Shown here: piece by piece, positions 19,601 to 28,800 of the stretch
Numbering within the stretch: position 1 is the stretch's first letter
How the letters are laid out: each line of letters starts with the position of its first letter
Program-made: the position numbers and the translations under genes
Notes under the pieces: generated by a model
Database searches by the model: none
What the model saw: only the letters and a program-made list of their open reading frames with translations
Told to the model about the DNA's origin: nothing
Source: a virus
DNA: 64,000 nucleotides
Virus record (IMG/VR): IMGVR_UViG_3300043429_000130
Span: 1 to 64,000 of that record
Reading direction: 5' to 3' (one strand)

Positions 19601-22600
19601 TAGTTCTCTTCTTACCTAAAGCAGCATTATATCCATACTTTTGAATATAAAGATCTGATAGTCTTACTAATGCCTTAATAAAGGTATCTTTTTCTACATC
19701 AGTTAAGTCACGGTTAAATACACGAACAACCTTATCACCATAGATCTTCTTACCGTTCTCCATGGTATACTCCTGCATAACCAAACGGCCAGGTTGAACA
19801 CCTGCCATTACTACACCACGTCCAGTAGATACCCTTAGACCAATGTTTACATCAGGATTGCTTGCACTTCTTAAATCTGTAAAGTCTGGGTTCTCTGTAA
19901 TTACACGACCCTCTACTTCAGATTTAGAAAGTTGACGTTTACCATCTTCACCTATAGCAGTAGTAAATTCAATTCTTTGGATACCTGGTAATGCACTAAC
20001 TACATCTAGATATACATTACCTTCTTTAGTACGATCTACTAAAGATTGCTGAAAAGCTTTATGATCATCAATAGCCTTCTGAATATCTTCATCAGAAGTC
20101 ATTTCTTCATTTACAGTATAGTCTCTCTTAACTCTTTCTACATCCCAGCTCTTAACATCTGCTAAAGAACGATATATAATATTATCTTTAGACTCTTGTC
20201 CTTCTGGAATTAGTTCATTGTTTACATCTACGTAAGCATATTTAACTGTACCGTCAGCTTGTGGTAGTTTCTTTACAAGGACAACCTTAATATCATCTGC
20301 ATTAAATTCAGTATCACGTATAGAGAACTGATCATTATCTGCAGTGACTACTAAAAAACCATAGTTACGACCAACTAAGTTATATTTACCAGTAAACTGA
20401 AAAAATCTATCAGTACCATTTTCTTGATTAGGAACAGTATCCTCTGTATCAAGATACTGACGTCCAAAGGTTTTATTAAAACCAACCACCTCAAACTTAG
20501 GTCTTCTTCCTTCCTCACTAAATACTGTACTAGTTTCCTCAAGTTCTTCAGAGTCTTCTTGACTCTCTTCTTCAGGAGTTTTCTTTATAGCTTTTTTACG
20601 AGACTTTTTTACTTCTTCTTTTACCCAACCTTCTCTATCTAATATAGCAGCTAGTTCTTCTGCATCAACAATTTTTGGATCTCCTTCATTAAGTTTAATA
20701 GTAGCAGACTTATCTTCTTCGTTAACATCTACTATCTCAAGCTTAGAGACTTCACCACTTTCTTCATCTGTTCTATTATATACATCACCTACAGTAAACT
20801 CAGTAGTATTTTCTACATTATCATCTGTATCATAAGTGACAGAAATCTTTTTACCAGATGGTATTGGTGAAACTACAGGCTTAGGTCTAGATGCTTGTTC
20901 TTTAAGTTGTGAATCTACAACAGATAGCATGTCATCAGATAAAGCTTCTAAGAAGTTTTTCTTACCGTTAATAGTATCTGCATACTTAGCCCACTCTAAA
21001 CCAATACTCTTAATATGATTCTGTAACTCACCTTTAAGCTTAATCTTTTTATTTAAGTTATCAGTAACACCTGGCTGGTTACGATCTTCTTTCTCATATT
21101 TAAAGAAACCGTTCTCATCTTTCTCAAGAGTCTTAACAGTTGTCTCATTATCTTTTTGTAGCTTATCAAAGCTTTTCTTTAAACCATCAAGTACATCACG
21201 AGCTACAGTTTCTAGGTTTGTAACAAACCCTTTCTTCTGCATAGCTTCAATAACTTCTTCTTGAGATTTAATTCTGTACTGATATTCGTTAAGCTGATCT
21301 ACAATACCATCTGATAGAGAACTATTCTCTGTAGATAGTAAATCATTCTTAACTTCAGTTACTTCTGTTAACAGGTCATTAAGAATAGTCTTATAAGCTG
21401 CTTGTTCAGCTGCTATATTAACCATCTTATTTTTACGAGCTACATCATCCTGAGTACCATCAAACATGATGTCAGAATTCATAAGCTTGTTCTGTCTAAT
21501 AATAGAAGCGGCTAGTCCTTTATATCTATTGATCTGAGTATCAATATCTTCACCTAAAACAAAACCTAGTTTAGCTATTTGTTCTGGATCAGACTTTCTA
21601 ACTGCATCTAGCTTTTGATCAATAGTTCCTTCAACACCAGCATTTATATGTGCTACCACAAACTGTGCAAATGCTGTATCTCTTAATGCATCTTTCTTAA
21701 ACTTATCATTTACTTTAGTAGACTCATCTAATGCAGAGTTTACTGCTCTAAAAGAAGCTGCAATACCAGCAATCTTTTCATTATTTAGAATAGGTTGGTT
21801 GTTCTCATCATACACAAGTTGTTCCTTTTGTATAAGATTACCAGCCTCATCTGTAGACTCTACTATTTTAGTTTTGTATACATTACCAAACTTAAGCCAG
21901 TTTTCTTGAGCAGCATTATACATCTCAACAGATGATTGAGTAGCTGCTTGATCACGGTTAAATTGTCTTAAGCTACCAACAGCTGAACCAAAACCTCCAA
22001 GTATACCACCAATACCAATACTAACTGATGCTTCTGGATCGTTACCTTTTAAAGCTTCTGCTGTTTGTTTAAAGTATTGATCAAACACTTCACTAGTCAT
22101 AGATAGATCAGTCATACGTCCTTTAGTACCGTATGCTTCATTAATTCTCTGAATAGCAAGCTGTGCATTTTCTTCTACAAAACCTTCAATTGCTACACCT
22201 TGTCCAACACCACTTATAAACGCTCCTTTCTTAGAGTTAAGAAAACGCTCTATACCTGATGTAGCAGCTCTTACTCCCATGCTTTCACCAAACTCTGTAG
22301 CCCCAGTTACTGCACCTGCAATACCTGGAGTCTTACCAAAAGCTTGACCTAACCATTTAAGTTCAAATGCATTTGTTGCGGCTAATAAGCCAGCATTCAT
22401 TAAAAAAGTATTCTGTGCAGCAGCTCCTGAAATACGTGCTTTCTCTTGTTCAGTGTATGGTGTTCCATCTTCTTTAAGACGCATTCTACCAAACTCATCA
22501 TAAGTTAAAGAATCCATTACCCTATCTTTAACTTCTTTAGCTTCAAACATAGACTCTGAAGCTGTAGCCAAAGCCCAAGCATTAAACTTATCTAACCTAC

Positions 22601-23432
22601 TAAAAGCAGTAGCAGCATTCCTTGTATAGTTAGCAGCGGCACCAGCTCCTTCTATAGCAGCTTCTGCAGCACCTACACCAATACGTAATCCTGAAATACC
22701 TCTTGCTAATCTTGCTCCTAATGATAACTTACTTAAAGCTAAACCAGGAACCCATGCTGACACTAAAAACGCAACACCGTCTACAGCATCCGTCATCCAG
22801 AAATCTCCATCTGTAAAAGCTCTAGACCAAAAACCTTTATCTCTATCTTCTGCTTCTTGATAAGTAGGTAACCATTCATTCTTAGATTTTTCATCTAAGC
22901 TTTTAAATAAATCTGAAAAAGCATTATCTGATGCATTACTAATAAGGTCAGCATCCCAGTTTTCTGGGTTAAGTAAACTACCAATAAAACCTACACCTTC
23001 ACCAACTTTACTAACAATACCTACACCTAATCTTGCTGCACCTTTACCAAAAGTTTTAAAAGCTCCTTCTTGTTGACCATAGAAGTCATCATTGTCTATA
23101 CCATAGACATAACCATAGTCAGTACCTTCATACTTTTTAGTAATGTCTTGTGGTGTAACTTTAGGAGCAAGCCATGCTTCTCCAGAAAGTGGAAAAGCTC
23201 TCTTACCTATCATAGAGGCTGCATTAACAGCCTGCTCATAAGTTAATTTTTTACCTGGAGGATCTTGTTGTACAGGAGCTACTACTTGTTGTGGCTCAAG
23301 TGTTTCTACAGGAGCAGGGGGTTCTACTACAGGAGTATCTTCAACAGGAAGCTCTTCTGTATTAGGTAAACCTTCAACCATAGTATCTGGTATATTAGAT
23401 AAGTATTCTTGCTCAAAAAGATTTTCAGCCAT
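10653..23432 (-). CDS. Giant virion-associated DNA-dependent RNA polymerase polyprotein (crAss-type)
   Basis: 4259 aa; FRIPTQG and catalytic GSDFDIDKL (DFDID at 13374-13388) as in phi14:2 gp66-type RNAPs; also NADAR and zincin-like domains and N-terminal hydrophobic G/A-rich helices. Confidence 0.88.
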   Translation of the reverse strand: MAENLFEQEYLSNIPDTMVEGLPNTEELPVEDTPVVEPPAPVETLEPQQVVAPVQQDPPGKKLTYEQAVNAASMIGKRAFPLSGEAWLAPKVTPQDITKKYEGTDYGYVYGIDNDDFYGQQEGAFKTFGKGAARLGVGIVSKVGEGVGFIGSLLNPENWDADLISNASDNAFSDLFKSLDEKSKNEWLPTYQEAEDRDKGFWSRAFTDGDFWMTDAVDGVAFLVSAWVPGLALSKLSLGARLARGISGLRIGVGAAEAAIEGAGAAANYTRNAATAFSRLDKFNAWALATASESMFEAKEVKDRVMDSLTYDEFGRMRLKEDGTPYTEQEKARISGAAAQNTFLMNAGLLAATNAFELKWLGQAFGKTPGIAGAVTGATEFGESMGVRAATSGIERFLNSKKGAFISGVGQGVAIEGFVEENAQLAIQRINEAYGTKGRMTDLSMTSEVFDQYFKQTAEALKGNDPEASVSIGIGGILGGFGSAVGSLRQFNRDQAATQSSVEMYNAAQENWLKFGNVYKTKIVESTDEAGNLIQKEQLVYDENNQPILNNEKIAGIAASFRAVNSALDESTKVNDKFKKDALRDTAFAQFVVAHINAGVEGTIDQKLDAVRKSDPEQIAKLGFVLGEDIDTQINRYKGLAASIIRQNKLMNSDIMFDGTQDDVARKNKMVNIAAEQAAYKTILNDLLTEVTEVKNDLLSTENSSLSDGIVDQLNEYQYRIKSQEEVIEAMQKKGFVTNLETVARDVLDGLKKSFDKLQKDNETTVKTLEKDENGFFKYEKEDRNQPGVTDNLNKKIKLKGELQNHIKSIGLEWAKYADTINGKKNFLEALSDDMLSVVDSQLKEQASRPKPVVSPIPSGKKISVTYDTDDNVENTTEFTVGDVYNRTDEESGEVSKLEIVDVNEEDKSATIKLNEGDPKIVDAEELAAILDREGWVKEEVKKSRKKAIKKTPEEESQEDSEELEETSTVFSEEGRRPKFEVVGFNKTFGRQYLDTEDTVPNQENGTDRFFQFTGKYNLVGRNYGFLVVTADNDQFSIRDTEFNADDIKVVLVKKLPQADGTVKYAYVDVNNELIPEGQESKDNIIYRSLADVKSWDVERVKRDYTVNEEMTSDEDIQKAIDDHKAFQQSLVDRTKEGNVYLDVVSALPGIQRIEFTTAIGEDGKRQLSKSEVEGRVITENPDFTDLRSASNPDVNIGLRVSTGRGVVMAGVQPGRLVMQEYTMENGKKIYGDKVVRVFNRDLTDVEKDTFIKALVRLSDLYIQKYGYNAALGKKRTKALSKEDAAELKLIEDYLKHIVNWSRPVKGKSSDKYFWVQSGLHRGSFKIDFDKESILKNRDKLVKGLTHHVNNVALQNNDSFDTIKFVKDKAVRDKSFDSYEEYLLAAREDGTTPPVYTSLPLYDSSTPQRTQVQLIWKDPSIVEPEVSQEQKAAKKKPIPKVKGSSELMDDKIDEFLDMSRNEIELSGFKISYVVQQGGFVIKIEGPKLKPKLSKLFVNQKEIQENRSEILKSITQVTGYIYGVNRGLKQLAAQAIQKAAETKATGQQPTAPVVQPTKPVINVYWSGPESETNTRELSNLAPRTFTWSGNEYGSVEHAYQTNKSGTFDQATYDKYVAVGGYGTKIRGKAVKKGFDNLQLMRDLVVESFKQNPDKAQLLLKYSDFTHTTKEVIDEAFLEGLRLAQKNAESTSTTAGVIVSEQSQADRLSGREPLTGVTTSTESLQEGPFFSVEEAVANAVPENGKLTAAVYQMNVKTQEVVKLAEAVIGIPSGNINAAKALLTKALIAQLDIDSEEPPFRLDVGEMEATEDFAKLAKFMKEKLPMFPIKKMGHLIHGKGLGAFMRGALYIYENAGLGTGFHEAFEAVWASFLTQDEKFELASEFKSREGTFYNKFSRETKPYSEASMYDVREMLAEEFRSYILLDQSIGNKIARFFKNLWKGIQALFNLSTKDKTEMNSSINKLFKKIGSGKFKNAKFIKDNRLTGPSYKAVADLTQKDTSDILEGLNYYFFTELFKKGNNIDSILGSLDKKESNVLLSSLWNTATEQVINNLTLVSPKIKSIVEAYKDDFYREFKKNLDRYGVIFSEIEQDENDVTDTLGIRDAITIDPRKMTSTNVMLLLASLPQTTVVKGKTVLVKNDLNQPRLVNTDRVHTTLLNELSNVVSIVDKNGIRKNTLNLMFQKLDKKYRLQDNNYRENYGWLRNLKLRLKYENNLGKVIPASSLSEEDLMLRVSFTKSFSNARFTPEKLIISDEGYIYNTNPLINVNDDRIRNEWANNLKIAVQNKQTQIVKIDSSGRMMINRKSDDYLDLMDTARNRSSYDLATALNALSSLGIEFNATLNDLAQFEQSIREQTLQILDVMKSGEIEDIADLFGRNVVGGRINTLIAIESKFNSEDNILSYNNAEGQQQFSVGQPSLLSNMINILNTVNSQEELIQTAPWLGTIDKETGEVVFNAYQTNSELLKKGGRLFDINGKRKNNTQLTFHVISGLGITEVDGNNTAKLQFPERVANKIHFLLNNTVFSNINSDKSTEYGIGIPGKLMVSRRDVERMMQDDNRTIIDMYMNQLIDELDAAEIQSIAPVDIQYYRDNVFNLGHFRDIIGPDLIAKFNKDVINGELEREDFVEQNREALEDKIATYINFKIEDTAAFLKDLDIFIKPNSFNSDLYVTDAIDNESLDEMLGTAEKQTLHYNTAGYDSESKTRSGYTEENIKTIAAILALNEEILLTEQHKLIYGHPALYKDLPKRANGATSTKEAFVEDSDVIDWMDMNMVRNDGKLRSSEVHQTIKNISFKDMDVVSAFYQDIAQSTYNQMIESGIPKDKAEKKVGARFNEQGQITGFILNRKKEFTGVIKAYMNLNEADAMAMGLPDVIRDILFMSGKFTAQRKAQWNYEIAYETLVRSGSMRNAKGETIKKTDPRYKKATQAEIQAAQETFDKGNPGYIFEMLKPQYFGYAVTDNVTHPVFLKHALQPKFYRHVEGSQFEKLYIAAQKEKVDVIGFESGEKVGNVTTAEGNFVPVYTEAGDVNIQTTNKGYQLAADLPRQSLYSRFYGIQVEQSSKPKKFVVKGTQVTKQVMSNFYENGKPVNEAIGLLIKEYNDTLREMMKLGKEELLKEIGLERKNDTEYTTKDISRLVSLLRKEAENRDLPDNMINAINYITNENDTQSLEYEFDTLINRDKIDNILNSIVDSRVISQKMSGKSSPQAASTLYESAPRNYVYLKDGVYKTLTKSEIKALTPEEKASIRMQSSDLKFYHSKDGKVQAAEMYITWPFTEVTPEELGLKLENGIYRMPEGGINGLDNELLKAIAFRIPTQGMNSIESIIIKGFTPAANGDMVVVPSEIVGKAGSDFDIDKLNIYLGNYYVDLLGRDYSSQEFKDFMTADMLSAGASQEYIDNVLSIITPDQFKQINQSTYKDNGKLIKGAKSSLSDISASKETQEDLAFIKASITRYNASVKGKKTIRYIKDNLGTKESLQNKLINIMSELVLRPENYAQLVAPNTTDTLKDLAEDIKGWKVDAGTKQLEDEKSPTYLRTFIGSNSIRERYLTAKRMVGIAALHSTFHVMSQVSGLKLNNKYSSKSLYYLNAKGEDAKTVNIKLNHHGRDENGLYSIGHILDKAGDYISDLISQALSGFVDGAKDPFVFDLNFSLNTANTWFYLQHHGVPVEEVAYFFNQPVLDSLFKEISKNRSSFKVINGENLTRKELFYKVIAPYYNKVVGGDLMAMLAGAEKNGKASEDAIYSIVLTELNEIKDSVESFKPEDLKKAIKDGSNADARLQIAILMDYVEYEAQARLMSNFMQAIGYDTNKTKTVQENMLQIGRWERSKQENFINNPEDILDNTFLGELKKQKEDIFNLFRDFFITLSPEIQEVFQPLYEKIDNPEFFMMKDDAINLINKYQNFVVAYLLHTTSYINAEGKEETLNNMYKDLFTGNNSFPAKLYKLKNSEDPNISDNLIIKELIPMMTDDATKTDNIMLFRNKMDTFEINNVIEAYNNLRSYGEKTADEDLVKFADDLAKFSILQSGMQSSFIDYKKVLSTEIYSELVKTILDRFKLNPVISTDQVWRSFHQNNWFNRSIVAKAPSWIKVKNGELSISPNSSVSLNDFLIKYVRDPKISREELKKMKKNKTILQAYQPILFEKTDQKDKKGKILYIPISKVGNGNRMLEIYKDDQESILPSNVMQMDTKAALTAAEGYKSAKDLMREPEFIKAMEQLKGEKTQNNGLKALAEKALRKVKDNNEVDETISKKEEESVKCNKGKA

Positions 23433-23447
23433 AAAAGTACAGAGTTA

Positions 23448-25814
23448 TTATTTTGTGTTTAGTATGGTTCCAAGAAGTCGTGGATCATTAGCAAATCCAA
23501 AAGCTGCAGCATATGCATCTAATGGAGATACGTATGTATTATTTACAGCATGACCGTTTACATGTAATAAGTATTTATAAACGCTTGGTGTATTAGTACC
23601 TATTTTCTCAATTTGATATGTTGGCATACCTGACTTACCCATAATATTAAAAAAAGTAGTAAATCTAGATTGACCCGGAGGAGTCATTAAATCATCAAGA
23701 CTAGTTACAATTTCTCTATGTAAAGGATCCATTCTTCTAAAAGGATCTAAATTAGCTGCAATAGTTGGACCGATTTTACCTACAGTAAATGTATTAGTCT
23801 TTTCATTATAAGTTACATCTTGTGTACCAAGAGTTGCTATTAGTTTATTTTTAACAACTTCTCTATCTACAGGTTTAGTAGAATTAAAATCATCAAGACT
23901 AAACTGTAGCTGCAAATCTTTAGCAGTAGGAAAAAACATAATACCAGCTACCTTACCTTCTAAACCTGTAATAGCTTCTAAGTATCCTTTAGTTCTTTTA
24001 TAATCAGGATCATTAACACTTAAAGCCATTCCACTTTTAGTTTGAGTTACTATAGTATTACGTTGATTATTAAACTCTCTTTTAAAACTATTAAATTGAT
24101 TATCTAAAGCCATTCCTTCTTTTAAACTTATACCAACTTTAACAGCAGCTGCTTGTTGTGGTAGTACTAATCTAAAATTGTTTGAAGTTCTAGTTGCATC
24201 TTGACGTGCTGGCTCTTGATAAAATCTACCTAAGTCACGAGTAACTTTTTGACCATCTGCATCAACTTTTGTTTCAAAATAGGTACCAGTTGTAGGATTA
24301 AAGTTTACAACTGGTTTAGCCATACTAGCCTGAACTTTATTTTTTTCTTGTAAGTATGTTTGATATACTTCCCATTGTGGGCCCATTTTTTCTATGGCAT
24401 ATCTTTCTGCATCAGCATTCCAGTGTTCTAACTTACCTTTAGCGTTTTCTACAGCTTGACTTGCTCTTGTAAACTCTATAAGTTCCTTGTTAGTCTGATT
24501 TCTGCTAATCCAGTTATCAAGTTCTTTTTGAGTTAATGAACCAGAAGATCTACCTTTAAAAGTAGGATCTGTTCTAACAATAATATCTTTAAGTTCAGAA
24601 AGTTTAGATCTTTGTAATCTTTCTGCATTAGATACTTCAGCATTTAAAGTAGTTAAGTTAGTTGTAACTTCTTCTCCAGGAGTTTGTACAGGCACAAATG
24701 GTAAGTCTTCCTTATCTTTTTTCCTGTTTTTTTCATTCTCTGCAGCATCAAAAGCCATACGAGCATACATCATAGCCACTTGGTTAAAACCAATAGTTTG
24801 TTCTATATCTCTATGTGAATAACCATTAGCTATACGACCAACTGTTTGACCAATGTATATATTCTCAGCAAGCTTCTGAGCATTCTTCTTTAAAAAATCT
24901 ACATCTCCTTGTTGAATACTCTGAATATTACCACGTATTTCTTTAGATCGTTCTGTATAAAAATCCCTCTCTTCTTTTAAAGCTTTAACTTTTTCTGGAT
25001 CTTTTTCTGCTTTTAAAGCTATATTAACATCTTCAAGTCTATTATCTATTAATGGTAAATCTTCAGCAGCTTGAGTCATGTATAAACCAGCAACAGAATT
25101 AAGATCTGGAAATCTAACAGCTGCTTCAATACGCATCTGCTGTTTAGCCTTATCAGAAAGTACAGAACTTAAGTATTTATTAATTTCTTCTTTTGTATAA
25201 GAAGCATCCTTAGTAGTAACCATGTACATACCATTGATCTTTTCAATCTTAGTAGAACTAGGTTTAAAGTCTTTCATGGCATCTTTGATCTCTTTATTCC
25301 AATCATGAAAAGGAGTAAAAGATCTTCTGTTACTATAGTAATCACCTACAGTAGATATATCATCTTTAGCAAAAGCTTCCCTTTGCATACGGACATACTT
25401 AATATTATCATCACTATATTCTTTACCACCGTCTTTTAATCTATAAGATTCAGCAATACTTTCTTGCTGATCCCAGTGAGATGTTAAAGCCATATCAGCA
25501 AGAACCCCACGGTTCTTTACAAAAGGTTCAAATACACCAGCAGCCATTTTAACATTCTGCTGTTGTGATAAGTCTAATGAAGATAAGTTTTTAAGATTAT
25601 CTTGTGCTTGTTTAAGAAACGTATCTCTCACTTGAGTACTGTAAGGGTTAGTTACATTTCTATTTACAAAGTTATAGGCACTATTAACTTGAGCAAAACC
25701 TTGCTCATATAGTCCCTGTCTCCTTCTTAGCATTGTATCTAGAAAGGAGAAGTCAGGTGTAAACAGAGCTGGCTCTGGAATTACATCAGTTATGTTAGGT
25801 AAGTAGGTTGCCAT
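23448..25814 (-). CDS. Putative virion ejection/cargo protein
   Basis: 788 aa, helical; position between muzzle and RNAP genes. Confidence 0.6.
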   Translation of the reverse strand: MATYLPNITDVIPEPALFTPDFSFLDTMLRRRQGLYEQGFAQVNSAYNFVNRNVTNPYSTQVRDTFLKQAQDNLKNLSSLDLSQQQNVKMAAGVFEPFVKNRGVLADMALTSHWDQQESIAESYRLKDGGKEYSDDNIKYVRMQREAFAKDDISTVGDYYSNRRSFTPFHDWNKEIKDAMKDFKPSSTKIEKINGMYMVTTKDASYTKEEINKYLSSVLSDKAKQQMRIEAAVRFPDLNSVAGLYMTQAAEDLPLIDNRLEDVNIALKAEKDPEKVKALKEERDFYTERSKEIRGNIQSIQQGDVDFLKKNAQKLAENIYIGQTVGRIANGYSHRDIEQTIGFNQVAMMYARMAFDAAENEKNRKKDKEDLPFVPVQTPGEEVTTNLTTLNAEVSNAERLQRSKLSELKDIIVRTDPTFKGRSSGSLTQKELDNWISRNQTNKELIEFTRASQAVENAKGKLEHWNADAERYAIEKMGPQWEVYQTYLQEKNKVQASMAKPVVNFNPTTGTYFETKVDADGQKVTRDLGRFYQEPARQDATRTSNNFRLVLPQQAAAVKVGISLKEGMALDNQFNSFKREFNNQRNTIVTQTKSGMALSVNDPDYKRTKGYLEAITGLEGKVAGIMFFPTAKDLQLQFSLDDFNSTKPVDREVVKNKLIATLGTQDVTYNEKTNTFTVGKIGPTIAANLDPFRRMDPLHREIVTSLDDLMTPPGQSRFTTFFNIMGKSGMPTYQIEKIGTNTPSVYKYLLHVNGHAVNNTYVSPLDAYAAAFGFANDPRLLGTILNTK

Positions 25815-25817
25815 ATA

Positions 25818-25875
25818 CTACATTATAAATATACAAAAAAATCTTTAAAGTTTAGAACTAAACTTCATAGGTTTA
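25818..25875 (-). promoter_or_regulatory. 58-bp promoter/operator element, copy 1
   Basis: TAAAC-N5-AAGTTT-N6-AAACTT...GTATATTTATAATGTAG, 3 nt before ATG; near-equivalent copy at 42469-42526. Confidence 0.65.
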
Positions 25876-25886
25876 CAATTAATTAT

Positions 25887-28800
25887 TTAAGTGGTTTGTC
25901 CAAATGGATTAATCATTGCACCAAACAATGGATTATACATTGCTGGCATACTTTGAGCAGTAGTTCTAATACTGTTTGGAATACCATCTGCATTACTATC
26001 TGAATATGTACTTCTTGGAACTGTTCTGTTCATATACTGTTCAACTGTTAAATCTGGAAAAGATTTCTTAGCTGCATTATATCCTTTAGAAATACTAGCC
26101 CAATCTAAACCTCCAGCACCTGACCCACTAGACATCATTCCTAATCTACTAGGATCATATCCTTGTTTAAAGAAGGATAAACCAGATCTTGGATCTACAT
26201 TGTAGATAGGGTTAACTTTATTAAGCATATCTAAATACATTCTATTAGCAAATGCATTGTTAGCTGCTTTAGTAATACCAGTTAAATACTTTCTACGAGC
26301 ATTATCAAGATTTTGTTTAGTAGTAACAAAGCCTTCCCAACGTCTTTCTCTTGCGTTAGTATTGTAAGCATCATTAGCTGTCTTACGTTGTAACTCTTGA
26401 GCCATAAACTGATTAGCTCTATCTACATTACGAGAGTCTACTTGAGCAATATCTTGTGCTACACCCTCACCAGTTTGACCTGCTAAGAATGAAAGGTTAG
26501 AAGCCATAGCTGTTCCTGGTTGATATTGACCAAGAGTAGTAGCAGCAGTATTAAATGTCTGCTGTCTTTGCTGAGCTTTAGATAACCAATCTTCTAATAC
26601 TAAATCACCTTGTCTATAAGGAAGATCTGGAACAAAAGGAAGATAAGCTTGTGGAGGAACCAATCCTGCTGTTAACAATGCTAGTTTATCTGGTGTTAAG
26701 AAACCAGGTTTTTGTTCAGGAGGTATTTCACCAGTACGAATTTTACCTGGTATAATTTCACCAGGACATTGTAAAGAAGCAGCTTGTCTTGATCCTACAG
26801 CTCCATCAGCAGCCATAGCTTGAGCATCCATATAAGATGACTCAACAATAATAGGATTACCGTTTTCATCTCTACCAGTACACTTATAACCAACTGGAGA
26901 CTTTCCAGGAACCATTTTAGGTTTAGAACGATAACTATCATAGTGTTCAGCTGCAAGCATCATATCATCTCCTAACTGAGTTCTATAATCTGCACCTACA
27001 AATCTTTCAGCAAACTTTGGATAAAACTGTTTCTCAAAGAAGTTCTTATTAGTATATAAACTCTTAGTATTCTTTAATTGGTCATCACTTAAGTTAGATA
27101 CATCTACACCAAGTTCTTTAAAGTAAGCTTTACGAATATCAAGCTCACTCATATTCTTCATGGCATCTTCACCCAGAACATCTTCTACTACTCTACGTTC
27201 ATACATTTCAGGTTTATATCCACCAAAGAATCCAGCTTTTTTCTTTGAGTCACCAGTCCTTTTAAAAGTTAGTCCAGGAGTAGATGATTGAATAACTCTA
27301 AACCCAGTATTATTTCCTTCTGCACCTCTTTTAAATCCAAACTTACCAGCTAAACGAGCAAACTCTTTTGCATCTGCATCAGACATGTCTGCAACATTAT
27401 ATGCACCAGGTACTAACTTATTATTATATTTCTCAAGTAGTCCTTTATATTTTGCAAACTCAGGATCACTAAGAGCTGCTAGTTGTTTAGGTGATAACGT
27501 TTGATCTATAACTTCAGTATCCGGCATAACTGTAGGCTTAGAAGCAGCTTGACGTCTGTCTAACTCATCAAGAATAGCTTGTTGTTTTTGCTGTTCAATA
27601 AAAGCAACAACACTAGGATCTAAAACTTGACCTGCTACTTGATACTCAGGTAAATAACCACCATAAGCAGCTATAGCCATTTGATCTTCTGAACCTTCTG
27701 CAACAGCAGGAATACCTTGAGGGAATCCTTTCATCTCCTCTTGTATAGTAGCAAGAGCAGAAAGTTTTTTACGGTAGTTGGTTAACATTAACTGAGCAGT
27801 AGATTTAGAAATCTTATCAGCTTCTGGATCTTCTACAATAGCTTTATACTTATTAATATCATACTTCCTAGCAATCTCAGCAGGAGTATAACCGCCTTTC
27901 TTAAGAGGCATACTAAATAAAGTAAGAACAGAAGGATCTTTAATTTTCATCTTAGCCGTATCAGAAAAGATAAAACTTCCTTCTGGTACATTAAGAGGAG
28001 TACCACCTTGAGAGTGACGCTTACCGCCAATCTTCATATGCTCAAGTCCTCCATCACCATCTAAATCACCATATACAGTTTCACCTCTTTCTGCCTCTAT
28101 ATTAGCTGCGTAACGAGGTACTTCTCTAATAGTATTACTTACTGAGTCAGCTTTAGACTGAGGCATTTCAGTTTGTACTCTACGTTGACCAAGATCTAAA
28201 CCATATCCATTTTGACCACCGTATTCAAACTCTAAGTTTTCTGGTTTACCAGTTATTCTAATCTTTATCATGTTACTTGTATTAGCAAAGTTTTGTTCAC
28301 CACCCATTTCAAACATTCCCTCATTAGGCTTACGTGTTACATCCTCACGGAACCTACCTGTATTAATGTTATAGTTTCCTCTAAACTGAGGACTAACAGC
28401 TTGATTATCAAACTGGTTTTGTCTAAATGCTCTCTCGTAATCTTTAAGCTTTTTATTTTGACCAAAGTAATCTACTACAGCTCCAGCTGTTAATACAGCA
28501 TCAGATATATCAGAAACTTTATTAGCAAGTGATGAGTTAACCGCACCACATCTAATAGCTGCTTCTGCTTTTGTAGAGAAGGCACCTGCTGCTTTTCTAG
28601 CATCATCATTTGCGTAAGAAGACGCTTGAATATCAGCAGTTCCATCTGGTTTCAATCCTTTACATATATATCCTATTGGTGACTTCATACCGAATGTTTT
28701 ATTAGCAGCTTGTTGTTGAGGAGTAGCACCTAATGTAGGATACTGTTGTTGTAACTTAGCATCTGCAACAGCTTGAGTATCAGCTACATAATCTGTCCTA

